The position numbers were made by a program, and so were the translations under genes. Source: Lobosporangium transversale (taxonomy: Eukaryota). Taken from it: a DNA stretch of 64,000 nucleotides. The notes under the pieces were generated by a model. It worked only from the letters and a program-made list of their open reading frames with translations, was not told the origin of the DNA and made no database searches. This document shows positions 11,584 through 25,064 of the stretch, piece after piece (position 1 is the stretch's first letter; every line of letters starts with the position of its first letter). Where the stretch lies: the NCBI RefSeq assembly GCF_002105155.1, contig NW_019028982.1:1116001-1180000 (forward strand), written 5' to 3'.

Positions 11584-12514
11584 TTATGCACCTACGGGTG
11601 CAGCTGTTGGCGTGGTAATTGCTGCAGATAAAGCTGATGAAGCGATCCCTTCTCTAATCTCTGCTTGTGTCTCTGCATCTGTACTTGTATCAGTCACGCT
11701 GAATTTAAAAAGATCTTTTCTATCCATAGGTAGCGAGCCGTGAACTGTGTAATGGAGACCACAGAAGTTGCAGAGGGTTTTCTCGCCTGTAGGGCCAGAA
11801 CGAATCATGAAGGTTGAATGAGCCCCTAATCCACATTGTTGACACTGCCATTTCTCATATTGTTCCGCGTCAATCAAGCTGCACTGTAGTGGTATCAGGC
11901 GTCCACGTTTTGTGATCTTGCTTGAATACCCTGGCACATTATATGACATGGCAATAGTACCACCACGACGTTTTGATTGACTCGTTGTGGCTCGTCGATT
12001 CCGCCTAATGAAGTAGATGGCAGGAGATTGTAAAAGGGAAAAAAAAATGAGCTGATTACTCTTTCAACACGGACACAAAATATCTATAGTACGGATACAC
12101 GAAAGAAATGCTCCAAATGCCCCCTTACCGAATGCTTCTGTCCTTATCCTCCAAAATCCTTTCGTATTCCTCTGCAGTCAGGGTCTCAAGTGCAGGACTC
12201 CAGTTTTTACCGTCATCAACAGTTCGAAATCCTGAATATAGGGGCTCTGGCTCAAATCCACGGCCCAATAAACGCTCTTGTTTAAACCGATAAAGTTGCT
12301 CATGGATCTCATGTGAAATCATTGACACAAACTCGCCTCCAATACCAAGATCTGCTGCTAATTGCTTCGCAAACTCTTCTGGTGTCATATCGGAGCCTAC
12401 ATCCCATTCAAAACGGTCACGAAGATTAATACTTCCTACATGCAAATCTAACTATATGTCGGATTTTTTTTAAAAAAAAGAAAGAAAGTTGGAAGTGTGA
12501 GTCTTAATAAACAA

Positions 12515-12555
<41 letters not shown>

Positions 12556-13704
12556 AAATCCTATAATATATACCTGGATGACAACTCTTGATCCTTCATC
12601 TGGGACTTGGACTTCAGCAACTGGCTCAAACTCTGCAATCTGATCCCTGATAGATTGAGCAATTTCTGGGATAAATTTGGCTGCATTCAGATCGAGATCG
12701 TCACAAAGGATTTCTGCAAACTTTTCGGGCGTTAATAGTTGTTCATTTACATTCCATGTAAATGTATCTCGAAGACGATAGTCATCTGTGTCAATGTCTA
12801 AGCGGATAGGAACTAAAATTGCATCCTGATCTGCCACATCTTCCAATTCTTTTTGGGAACTATTAACATATTAAAAATGTCAATAATGATTTTTTTTTTT
12901 TTAAATAGGAAAAAAAAAAAAAAAAGAAATAAAAAGAATAAAAACTAGAAGATTCATAAGGGCTAGATGGGTATCCTTAGGCAAAGCTTTGATTTACCTA
13001 AAGGTATGGCGAGTTTTTCTTGGTCGAGGTGCCCATCCTTTCTTCCCCTTGTCCGAGCGCTCTTTCCCCATGTATGCTGCTTGTCTATATTGATGTCTCG
13101 TAGGTGTGCTTCTTAACGAGTCCTCGAAATCCCAATCATCTTCGTCGCTCTCTGCCATCGACATTACTGCTCTTTTGGCACGTCTTCCGAGCGCGGGTGG
13201 CAAGATCAGAGCGCTGTTGGCGTCCCGTATCCTGGATGCATAAGTGCTAAATGTTCCTTGCGCATTAACCATCTTGGAGATCGAGTTTGGCTGTGCATTA
13301 AATGCGAGTAGAGGCGTGGAGGTCCTAGCATGCTGTGCTGGAGCAGGAGGGCGTGGCTGCATATGAATTGGTGCTAGAGGAGTATGCTGTTGTGCTGGGT
13401 AGTGTTGTTGCGGAGATACTTGGCTATGGCGAAGATGTGACGGTGTTTGCTGTTGTTGAAGATAATGTTGGTGATGCAGATGTTGTTGCTGTAGTGGTTG
13501 GTATTGCTTGAACTGAAATTGTTGCTGCTGTTGCTGTTGTTGTTGGGGAGAGTATGATGGGTAGGTGGTTGTCGACTGAGGCTGGATAGATTGTTGTTGG
13601 TGATTGAAAGGCGCGATTGATCCATTAACATTAGATTGAACATTACGTCTTACACCAGATTGATTCTGCATTGTAGCTGAAGTGTGATTAACCCATGAGG
13701 CCAT
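11584..13704 (-). CDS. SFH1: RSC chromatin-remodelling subunit Sfh1 (SNF5 domain) with C-terminal GATA-type zinc finger
   Basis: SNF5 repeats LVPIRLDID...LRDTFTWN...TPEKFAEILCDDL and LRDRFEWD...TPEEFAKQLAADLG. The N-terminal STYASRIR motif is typical of Sfh1. C-terminal CQQC-X20-CNFC. Four exons; Q/H-rich N-terminus. Confidence 0.88.
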
Positions 13705-14085
13705 TTGGAGATTATTGCTGTGTCAATGGACGTGTAGCACATGTCCTTGCTATTGGGTTGAATGTAATCGGTCTTCAGATCTGCACGAGCTCTGAAACAG
13801 AAAACAGATCGTTAAGTGCAGCGGCACGTGCATAATATAGCATCATTTGCATCTGCGATAATAAATACGGAATGTGACCTGATAAACTTTAATTAAGAAA
13901 TACGCGCAGCGCGTATCATTGGAGAAGTGATAAAACAGATACAATAAGGTTGAGGCATTCTTCCTCATTTATAAAAAGAGTAGCTTTGCACCTTTTTTTT
14001 TACAATTCATTCTCTTTCCCCCCTGATTACTCTAATTGGTATTTCCTCATCTTACCACTAACTCTTTCCTTTTAGTGCTATCTGA
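13705..14085. promoter_or_regulatory. Compact bidirectional promoter (SFH1 / TBCE)
   Basis: 381 bp between divergent ATGs; contains GCACGTGC (13824-13831) and the palindrome ATACGCGC-A-GCGCGTAT (13900-13916). Confidence 0.6.
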
Positions 14086-16904
14086 ATGCACACCAACACA
14101 GACATTTCTCCACCGCAGAATTCGGATGTAACCATGGTCGATGCTACTCAGCCTCAAACACAGCCACAGCCACAGGTCAGGGTCGGACAACGTATCGAGT
14201 CTGAACATTTTCGAGGCACCATTCGTTATCTGGGTGAGGTGCCTCCAACCGCAGGAGAGTGGATCGGCGTTGAATGGGACGACAAGGAACGCGGCAAACA
14301 CTCGGGTGAACACAATGGAACCAAATACTTCGAATGCCTGTAGGAAACCTTTTAGTGCTTTTTTTTTTTTTTTTTTTTTTTTTTTTTCGATTTCTCATAC
14401 TTGAATATACCAATGCATCGAGACTCATCTCCCTGTACCTTCTGTTACACCGATTGATGTGTATGTGCTCTAATAGGTTTCCTGGAACTGGGAGCTTTAC
14501 ACGACTGACTCCAAAGATCCATACTGGAAAGACCTTTCTCCAAATTTTGAAAGAAAGATATGTTGATGACGATAAGGGTGCTCAGAAAGATTTGTATCTT
14601 GGATCTTCAAATGTCAAAGTGGATCTATATGATTTTGAGAGAATCAAACATAAACAGAAGTAAGCTTTTTTTATTTTATTTTATTTGTTTATTTTATTTA
14701 AAAAGGCTAACACACAGCATTCATTATATTTGGCAATAATTTTTTATTTGCATCAGGAAATTACACTTGATGGAGACCGTAGGCCTTGCCAACACAAATG
14801 TAGAAACTGCTGCAGGCTTTGAAGAGACTCAGAAGGCATGCCCAAGTATGTAAACCGATTCTTTGTTAGGACTAGCAAGGACTGAACTGGACTGAACTCC
14901 TGACACTAATGACCTAATGTCTTCTATTTTTATTATTATTGTTACTGGTTGATTGTAAACCCTCTTAATACTTAGATATCCAGGACTTGGATCTCACAGC
15001 AACGCTCGTTTCGACATGGCAGGATGTAGCTGATATTTGCGCACCTCTTTCCAGATTGGAAGTCCTAAGATTGAAGTAATTAAATCAGCTTATAGAATGT
15101 CCCTTTGTCCTTTTCCGTTTCTTCACTTTAGTGACAAGTCGATAAATGATTGTTTTAACATCCACTTTTTTTTTATTTGTCTCTCAAACAGTCGTAATCG
15201 GTTCCAGCCGCTTACTGAGTCACCTTCATTCTTATATGCGTTCAAAAACCTTCGCTGCTTGGCGATCAACCGTATCTATGCGCCTTGGGATCAGGTATGT
15301 TACGCCCTTACAGTGGGACTCTTCGCCTTCAGCACAAATCGCTTTATTCCCCATTGTGAATATAAGCTTACTAATGATTTGTATCGGCTTATCGACTTTT
15401 GGCTTTTTGACTATAGATCGAACTTTTGGAGCCATCAATGCCTAACCTTCAAGTACTTCAGATCGGCTTCAATATGTATTCGGAGCTTGGGAAGACGGAT
15501 AGCACCATGCCTGTTCTGGCTCAAAAGGTTAAGGGATTCGTCAATCTCGAGGACCTGCATCTAGAAGGCAACATGCTTGCTGACTGGAACCAGATCCTTC
15601 GCCTCTCCCACTTACCAAAGTAGGTCGCTTTTGCCTTTGCATTTCCAGCTTGTTTCGTTAGCACTTGTTCCACTTGTTGCGCGATTATGCAGTTTTAACC
15701 TTCTGACTTTCTAATTGTCCTATCTTTAATTAAAACAAAGACTCAAGTCACTGGATCTTTCTGAAAATAAAATTGACAACATTACCGGTCCACAGGACGA
15801 AAATGATTTCAAGGTACTAGAATCGCTACGCTTAGCGGATAACTTGCTCAAAAACTGGTCCAGCATTGACCAGTTAAGGCTCTATAGTGCATTGAAGAAT
15901 TTTTGGGTTGAAAACAATCCAATTATGGCCGAATCTGCTCAAGAGTATGCAGCTGGGGCTACCCCTAGCAAATTTGAGCCGCGGATTGAAACGATTGCAA
16001 GAATGGTAAATATCCAGCAACTGAATGGAACTGAGGTAAAGTCATGGATAAACATAGAAGGCAAAGTTACTGAGTTGCATGCCGACTACATTTTGTCTGA
16101 CAATTGAGCGTTATATTACGGATGATTTATAGATCAGCAAGAAGAACAGACTGGATGCAGAGATTTACTATTTGATGCATGTTGGGCTTGCAACCAGAGA
16201 TATGGACCCCGCTGCAGTCCTGGCAATCCACCCTCGATTTGAGGAGCTTTGTCAAGGTGCGTATATGGCTCACTAAAAGGAAGAAAAAAATTTGTGAGGA
16301 AATAAGAAAATATTTTGATAACTTACCTTACATACAAATATCCGATGATTTTTATAGTCCACGGACGTCCCGATACTAGTGATGAGTTCCTTAAGGCTAC
16401 AAGTGATATGCTAAGGGATCGACTGATCGGTAGGCATATGACAACCACAATATGCAAGAATATTTTTTTTACGCACTGATCCACTAATTTTTTTTTTTTT
16501 TTTTTTTTTTTGCATTTTTCCAGCCGTTACGCTTGTATCGAAAGATAGCCTCGAAGGCCCTGTGAAGGCATCGGTTCAGAAAAAGATTTTGGGAACAATG
16601 AAAGTTAAGAACTTGAAGAATTTGGCACAAAAGCTCTTGCGTGTCCCAGCTTTACGTCAAGAGTTAGTTTTCTTGACAGATGATCCTGATTATGAAGGCG
16701 TCAAGGTGAGTACAAAAAAAAAAAAAAAAAAAAAAAAAAAAGATTTGTTTGGAATATGTGATTAATTTCCACTCATTAAAATCCGTACTTTTGTGGGCCT
16801 AGGTCAATGTCAACATGAAGGATGATATGCGCCAGATCTCGTACTACGATATCAAAGACGGTGAAGAGATAATTGTCTTGGATAAAACCAAAATAAGCGT
16901 GTAA
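14086..16904 (+). CDS. TBCE: Tubulin-specific chaperone E (CAP-Gly, LRR, ubiquitin-like)
   Basis: CAP-Gly GTIRYLGEVPPTAGEWIGVEWDDKERGKHSGEHNGTKYF, LRR exons, RLDAEIYYL, and a C-terminal UBL ending MKDDMRQISYYDIKDGEEIIVLDKTKISV-TAA (16902-16904). Multi-exon. Confidence 0.93.
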
Positions 16905-17446
16905 ATTTTTTACCCCTAATCACAAGACAGCTGTAGTTGTATTGATAAGATTTCGCTAGATAAAGATTCGCTAAACATTTTTTAACCCTCCAAAGTGGCT
17001 GTGCAAATGTTGAATCCTTGGATCAATGAGCTATTTTAGATTTCTGTCTTACACTTTCTTCCACAGGTTGTCACCACAAAACAGTGTCATGCTTGGCTTG
17101 AAAAACTGGGCATGGTAAATCAGCTCACCGTATTCGACATTTTTTTACAAGAGCCTGAAACAACTTGTTGAGCCACATTCATGACTGCCCAGAAGCGGCG
17201 CACTTTCAAAAATCCTTATGCACTGCGCACTTCCCATGTCAGATAAAAATATTGACTAATTGCATTCTTCTCTTCTTTTATTTCTCTTAGAAAGCGTTTC
17301 TCCAGTTGCCATTATCCATTGATCGGTATCGCTTCTCTCTTGCTTCTTGAGATATTTGGTGTTTTTTCTCCCTACTGTGCACGCTGCAGCAAAAACATAA
17401 AATAAAAACAAAATAAAAAAAAAATTATTGCAATTCTAAAGACCTT

Positions 17447-20400
17447 ATGCAGGCCACTTTCCAAGTCCATACTTCTCCAGATGATGCTCATCTCGGGCTA
17501 GAGGGAGGCTCTATAGTGATCTTTTGCGGTTATGGTGAAGACTGGGTAATTGTTATTATTAGCATTAAGATCTAGGTCTTCCATCACTATTAAGGTCGTT
17601 TTATACTTCAATTATTTCGCCTTTCTAATTTGGAAACGGCCACAACACTTTATATATATATATCTGAAGGGGCCAGTAAGTCCTGATCGACTCGATTTCA
17701 CTCCTTGTTTCAAGTTCAGGTAACATTGTTTGGTCAAGATAGTGACAGCATACGTTAATAGTTTTTAATTAATTAACCATCTCCCATTGACCTTCCCTTA
17801 TCGACCGTATATTCTACTAAAAAAAAAAAAAAAAAAAAAAAAAAGTGTCCTCTACGGCGCTTTCTCTATCCTGGCTACCATCGCTTTTATTTCCCGGATC
17901 CTTTATTTGAGGAAACGGTGCACTCTTCATCATCTTGGAAGAACAGCTTGGATCTACTGGCCAACTCAGATTGCCATGGGTACCGCTGCCGTTCTATCCT
18001 TCGTGAATGCAACCAGCAGACTACTACACGGGGACGGATATCCTGCAGCTGTCTTCGGCTACTTTTCCTTGGGGCTTGCATGGGTAAATGCAGCGTTCAT
18101 TATCATAAAAAAATAAAAATAAAATAAAAAAAAAGCATTAAGCACCTATGAACACAATGGCAGTGGAACGAATTAACCATTAGTTGCAATATTTATCCAT
18201 TGGCAGGTCCTCGCAGTTGTCCTGAACTACAATGAGCACCGATACAAAATCCGATCCTCAGATCCAATTTTATCATTCTACATCTTAAGCATCACCTCGT
18301 CATTGAGCGTTCTTTATCATGGAGCAGAATCAGGCTTAGAAGCCAATGTGACTCTTGGGATGACCCTTTGTTTGGTCGTTGGTTTAATTATCGAAGCGTG
18401 GCCAAGAGGCAGGACCCTTGTGCAGCAACGCTGTGAAGCCAGTGCATATGATAAAGCTAACCTTCTCTCGCGTTGTACCTTTCATTTTTTTCAGCCGGTC
18501 ATCTCACTTTCAACCACGAGAACGCTTACTGCCGAGGATATCCAGGGCCAGCTTCCGGGGTCTATGAAATCCTCTACGAGTCACGATAATATTGACAGGC
18601 AATGGCGCAAGAATATGAAGAGTAACCGATCCGGAAGACAAACTTCATTATTCAGAACTGTCCTTCAAGTGCAAGCCCATGCAATGGTTCCGATTATTTT
18701 CCTAAGAATAGCCCAACCACTATTCACATTCTCTATTCCAGGGCTCCTGGATTTCTTTCTTAATTATCTACAGGATGTTGGGACAGATCAGGAGAAAAGT
18801 CCTGCATATGGTTTCCTCTTGGCAGGGGCCATCTTCTCCGTCACGTTTATTGGAACTATTCTCCAAGCAGCGAGCAAACAATACTCTATTCAGCTCAGCT
18901 TGCAGGTCAAGTCAGCGCTGATATCAATGGTCTATCGTAAATCACTACGCCTGAGCCCTGAATCCAGGAACAAGTCAACAACGGGTGAAATTACCAATCA
19001 CATGTCCGTTGATGCCGATGTATGGTCGGAGGCTCTCTTGTTTCTGAGTATGTGGATCTCTTTGCCCGTTGAGATCTTCACAGCGATGTGGCTACGTAAG
19101 TCTGTACTGAATAGTAATAATAATATTAAAAAAAAAAAACATTAAGTGTAGTTGAAGTGCTGATTTTTTTTTTTTTTTTTTTTTTTTTTGAACTAGTATA
19201 CCGGCTTCTTGGATGGAGTTTCTTGGTAGGAATTTTAGCGATTGCTGCAATGGCACCCCTTCAAGTCTGGCGAGCTCGTATATACAATCGCATGCAGAAG
19301 AACAGGCTTTCCATCATGGACGAGCGTGTTCGACTTACAACTGAGTGCCTTTCTGCAATCAAAGTTATCAAACTATACTGTTGGCAATCCGCGTTCAAGA
19401 GAAGGATCCTTGCTGTCCGGGACCGTGAATTGGCTGCTATGGAGCGCTTAGGTGTGGTTTACTCCATCATGTCTATTCTCTTTACATCCTCAACCCTCAT
19501 CATCTCCCTCTTTACCTTATCCGTGTACGCAACCTGGGGCGGAGAAGGGCTCACAGAGGGTAAACTTACATCACAGACAGTTTTTGTAAGCATGACATTA
19601 TTTGCGATGCTTAGAGCCCCTATTGCGAATCTTGCAGAAACAACTTCAGAGACAATTAGGACCTTGGTCGGAACTAGAAGGATTGAAGAGTTCTTACTGC
19701 TGGAGGAGTTGGAGGAATCGAATGTTGTACGCTTTAGTGGCGTTTCAACAGACCCCAGTGTCCCGGTGGTCATTGTTCGCGATGGTAGTTTCTCATGGGA
19801 AAAGAAAGAAGAAGGTGAACAAAATGCGTCAGGTCGTCCAACACAACAGCAATATACAGAGGACATTCGGCCACTACTTGCTGAAGAGGCGGATACCGAC
19901 TCCAGTTCCCCTCCGGAATCATTCAAGTACTCACTTCAAAACATTAATCTTTTGCTCAACAAGGGATCACTCAACGCTGTTGTCGGTCGGGTTGGTCAGG
20001 GCAAGTCATCGCTTTTGTCTGCCATCATCGGAGAGATGTACAAGCTCCATGGACTAGTCGAAATGAGAGGGCGCATTGCATATGTACCTCAGCAAACCTG
20101 GATCCTTTGCTGCTCTCTTCGGGACAATGTTCTCTTCGGGATGCCTTTTGATCCTATCCGCTACTACCAAGTCATTCATGCATGTGGGCTGGAGCCGGAT
20201 ATTGCTATGCTTCCTGGCGGGGACTTGACTGAGATTGGTGAGCGTGGCATCAACCTGTCTGGTGGCCAAAAGCAGCGAGTCTCACTTGCACGAGCTGCTT
20301 ATGCCGATGCTGACATTTACCTACTGGACGATCCTCTTAGTGCTGTGGACGCACATGTGGATCGGCATCTATGGCAGAATTTGATTGGCTCCAGGGGCTT

Positions 20401-22815
20401 ACTCAAAGGAAAAACAAGGATCTTGGTAACCCATGGTATCCATCATTTGAGCGAAGTTGATAAAATTATCATGATGAAAGATGGCATGATCGCATCTCAG
20501 GGCTCATACAACGATCTGATGGCGGAAAAAGCCATGTTCTACATGCTTTTCAAGGAGTATGCCCTCCAGAAGCGCCGAAACTCTGAGGATGGCGAAAACA
20601 GTAAGGCGGCCATCACTGAGTCATCCACATCTACCTCTTCATTCACACATCTTAAGGTTCGCTCATCGAGCCCATACGACGCAGGGATTGAGAATGACGA
20701 GATCTCAAGTAACGGGACTTTAGACCAAGGGATAGACACTCCGACGGCTGAGCCTCCTGAAGCGAGAGTCTCGGCAGCCGAGGCTGGATTGGAAAGCGGT
20801 GCACAAGCAGCTACGATGCTAGACGGAAAAACCATTGTGGATGAAGACATCAAGGAAGGCAACGTTAGCTTTGAAATCTTTTTAGCCTATGTGCGGGCAA
20901 TGTAAGTTTACTGCTTGTCAAATACGTGAGAAGATAAAGATGGGACTTCATATGTTCAATGTGCTGACTGCTTATTGGTTTATGTTTTTATTATGGTATT
21001 TATCTTCTAAATAGATCTTACAAGTATTCGATCATAGTCATCCTTCTGTATGTTCTCCAGCAAGCTTCGTTGATGGGGACCAGCCTTTGGCTCAAGCACT
21101 GGATCAAGCGTAGTGAGAAGGCCTTACGTAGCGGTTATGAGGATGAAAACAGCCCCCCGCCATCCTTAAAGGCGTTCCTGTCAGTCTTTGCGCTACTGAC
21201 ATCAGCTTACGTTCTTTTGTGTATGGCTACAATTTATGCCTCCTTCGTTGTCGCTCGTATCCGAGCTTCGTCGCTATTGCATTCGGATCTCTTGTCCAGG
21301 CTATTTCGCCTACCTTCCTCCTTTTTCGACACAACGCCGCTTGGGAGGATTATTAACCGCATCTCAGGCGACATGGAAGCAATTGATGACAGACTTCCCT
21401 GGAGGGTTTCCGATACTTTGATGTTTTCAACGTCTGTCGTATCTAGCATTATCATTGTGTCAATTTCAGCCCCGCTGTTCTTGGTGAGCCTACCTTTTTT
21501 TATGGTGGCTGTCTTAATGATTCAGCGTAAGTATCTCCACGCTTCAAGGGCGGTCAAGCGTATTTTCCATGTCTCCAAGTCGCCGATCTATCAGCATTTT
21601 AACGAGACGCTCAATGGAGTGCTTTCGATCCGCGCCATGCGATATCAGGCTCAATTTATTGAAGAAAATTTGACTAGGGTGGATACTCACACGAATGCTC
21701 ATGTAGCCTACACCTACTGTATTCGATGGGTTGAGGTTCGTCTTCAGTGTTTGTCTGCATTTGCTATTGTGGTGGTCGCGATAGCATTTGTGGTGTCTCA
21801 CGATAAAGTTGATCCAGCCACTGCCGGTTTAGCTATGAGTTTCGTTTTGACCACCACACAGGATATCAGCTATTTAGTCAGGAGCTACTGTGAACTACAG
21901 AACCTGTTGGTGGCCGTCGAGCGTGTGTGTGAATATACTGATCTGCCAACAGAGGCACCCGAGAACCTGCCTTTACCGTTACCTCTAATAGGATCTGAGG
22001 AAGTATGGCCTCCCAAAAAGGGCTCAATCGTGTTTGATCACTACTCGACTCGATACCGTGAGAGGCTGGGCCTTGTTCTGGACAATGTGTCGTTTGATAT
22101 TAAGGCAGGCGAGCGTGTGGGTATTGTAGGTCGCACGGGTGCAGGCAAGTCATCTTTGGCTCTAGCGCTGTTTAGGATGATTGAAGCTGCAGATAGCCAC
22201 CTAGCTAATGGTAGCGCAAGCTCGGATATAGTAACTGAAGCTCACAGGAGCTGCAGAGGCAAGATTGAAATTGATGGAGTAGACATCTCAACGCTGGGCC
22301 TGGTAGACCTTCGCCAGGCACTAGCAATCATCCCTCAGGACCCTGTTCTCTTCGCGGGCTCTGTCCGTGAGAACCTTGATCCGTTCTCGGAACATGTAGA
22401 CCAGTCTCTTTGGGAAGCGTTAGAGCGAGCATATTTGAAATCGTACATCCAGCAACTGCAAGGGGGCTTATCCTTCCAAGTGTCACAAAACGGCGAGAAT
22501 TTCTCAGTGGGCCAACGGTCATTAATTTGTTTAGCTCGAGCATTGCTTCGGAAAACTAAGATCCTGGTCTTGGATGAAGCAACTTCTGCGGTAGATGTGG
22601 AAACGGATGAGCTTATTCAACAAACAATTCGGCGAGAGTTTCAAAACCGAACCATTTTGACGATTGCACATAGGATAAAGACCGTCATGGATTACGACAA
22701 GATATTGGTGATGGAACAAGGTAGAGTTGTAGAGTTTGGTCAGCCAGAGATTCTGTTACAGCGTAAGGAGGGCTCATTATTCTACAAACTGGCAAAGCAA
22801 GCGGGCGAAGTGTAG
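17447..22815 (+). CDS. ABCC/MRP (YCF1-like) full-length ABC transporter with TMD0
   Basis: N-terminal CGYGEDW|GPVSPDRLDFTPCF. NBD1 has GRVGQGKS, LSGGQKQR and YLLDDPLSAVD. NBD2 has GRTGAGKS, FSVGQR and LVLDEATSAVD. Two TMDs; six exons. Confidence 0.95.
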
Positions 22816-23015
22816 AAACGGTGGAAATGAGAATTGTTTTTTATTTATTTATTTTTGGCCTGTTGCTTGCTTATAGAGATAAAAAAAAAAAACAATATAA
22901 AAGAAGACTATACAGCTCTACAATGACAACACAATGTACCAAACTCCATTCTCATATCCCTCGATGCATCTTTGGAAGAGGGGTTTCTCTTTTTTTTTAT
23001 AGACATTTAAACCAT

Positions 23016-25064
23016 TTAAACACTTGGTACGAATACTCCGTGGAAGTTGTGTGGTGGGATCTTGCCTGCTGGCATCTCTGCCCTTGCAATCTCTTCCATG
23101 GTCTGAGCATTAAGGACCAACATGAATCCCGAGCGGCGGCCACCGTCCAAGACAATCGATAATAGCACACCATCATCTTCCTCTGTAGCATTTGGGGTAG
23201 GCACAAAGACGGGCTCCGAGGGCGTACACTTGTCTTCCATCCAGAACTTGGCAGCATTAGTTTGGTCACCATTCTTGATCTTGTCTAGATCTACTTTGAT
23301 GAGGCGATCATAGATTAGGGTCCGGTTCAAGCCTGAGCGGTTGACACCATACGTATAGCGATAGTTGCGGAGATATCGGCTGGGATTGATAGAGGGTAAT
23401 TCAAAGTTGATGGCTTCGTCCAGTTCAAAGTCTATAAGCGCAGGAACGGGTGTTGGCTGCTCACGAGGTGAAGCTGCAGAGAGTGACGCTTGCTTGGTCA
23501 CATCTTTGAGACGGTAGCGACGCAACTTGGCCTGCTGTGTGGGCTTGCCATGGGTCTCATTACGGAGGTTTTCAATGTAGTAATCGCCAATAACAGTATG
23601 ATCCTTATTGATTGTGAAAGAAAAGAAAAAGAATAAAGACGGAGAAGTAAGTAATAGGAACTGGAGAAACCGGCTATTTTTTTTTTTTTTTTTTTTTTAC
23701 CTTGTATGCAGCAATATCGAGGACAATGTCATCCCCATCATCAAATCCATTGATACTATGGAAGGCGTAAAAAGGATCACATTCAAATGTGGCCACATGT
23801 CGTCCCCGAAGGCGATCCACAACATAAAAGGAAGACTTGAGAGTGGGGTCATGAGCCTTGAAGGATTCCCAGGCATTACCATACCATAGAACGCTCATTC
23901 CCCATGCGGCGAAATCACACTGCCAATGTGCTACAACAACATAACGCTTGGTCATACAGAAGCTGTGTAGGTATGAAGGGCGAGGTGATTTAATTTCAGC
24001 TAGGATATCCAAATCAGGTTCGTGGGCCCTTCCTTTCATAGACTCTCGGATCTGGACGACTTTGTAGACAGAGGTTGGGCCAAAAGTTAACAAGACTGTA
24101 TAATGCTCGTTCGTATCGGGGTCCACGCATGGATGAGCTGGCGCCAAATTGCTGGCTTTGAGTGAATCATCGATGTCTCCGTAGGTGAATAGGCGGATGG
24201 GCTCTAATGTGACTGGATCAAGTTCCTGCAAGACATTACCATCCGTGTTCATGACGAAGTTACGGACATTTGAGTCGGTTTTGCCGTCATTGCTTTTGTG
24301 CCTCTTGGCTGGATCTTCTTTGAAGCCCGGGAAATTGATTGTAGGGATAACGGCGACGTTAGTGTCGGTGCCTGAGATTGGAGCTCCACCCAGGGTTGCA
24401 GTCTTGAATGTTGTGAAAAACTTTTGAAAGATGGTCTTGCAAGGATCACGTTGACAGAAGGTTACACCTGTCACTCTCTCGGCTTTTTTATATCGCTCTC
24501 GAAGATCATCCGAAGTGTTACGGGATCTATACGAGACTCGGCCACCTTTCTGAATCTCATATCTATGAACTGCAATGCAGACAAGCAAAAAATATTAATT
24601 TCAAAACCATCCTCCAAATAGACATGTATTTGGATTAGGACCTTTTGTCGAGAAATTTATTCTGCACATCGTTCAATGATCCGTGTAGATCCAAACACAG
24701 TTTGTCACAAAAAAGCTTACTTTGAGCAAGCCCATCAAACCAGTGCTGAATTTTGACATCTTTTCCAGACTCCGACTTAAGATCGTAAGAACTGGTTTTT
24801 TTTTTTTTTTTTTTTTTTGCAAAAGAGTATATTTATCAGCAATTCTGAATCTCTCTTTTACGTTTTGCGAAAGGCATCTCATTTGAATGATAAAATTATT
24901 TAAAATTACCCAGGTCCGGACCGATACAATGCACCCTCAAGCCAAGGTGGGATGGTTCCTTTGACGGTCAAGGAGACTGGTTCAAGGACTTCGGGAGCAT
25001 TATCGTAGCCCATAGAATATGGCCAAGGATTTCCAGGTAATGCGGTTTTTTCGGATGTAGACAT
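23016..25064 (-). CDS. Carotenoid cleavage oxygenase (RPE65/BCO family)
   Basis: Exons 25064-24910, 24791-24721, 24569-~23701, ~23604-23016. Motifs GTIPPWLEGALYRSGPG, HWFDG, RDPCKTIF and PSEPVFVP...EDDGVLLS. Four Fe-ligand His: PAHP, YLHSF, AFHSIN, NFHG. Confidence 0.95.
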
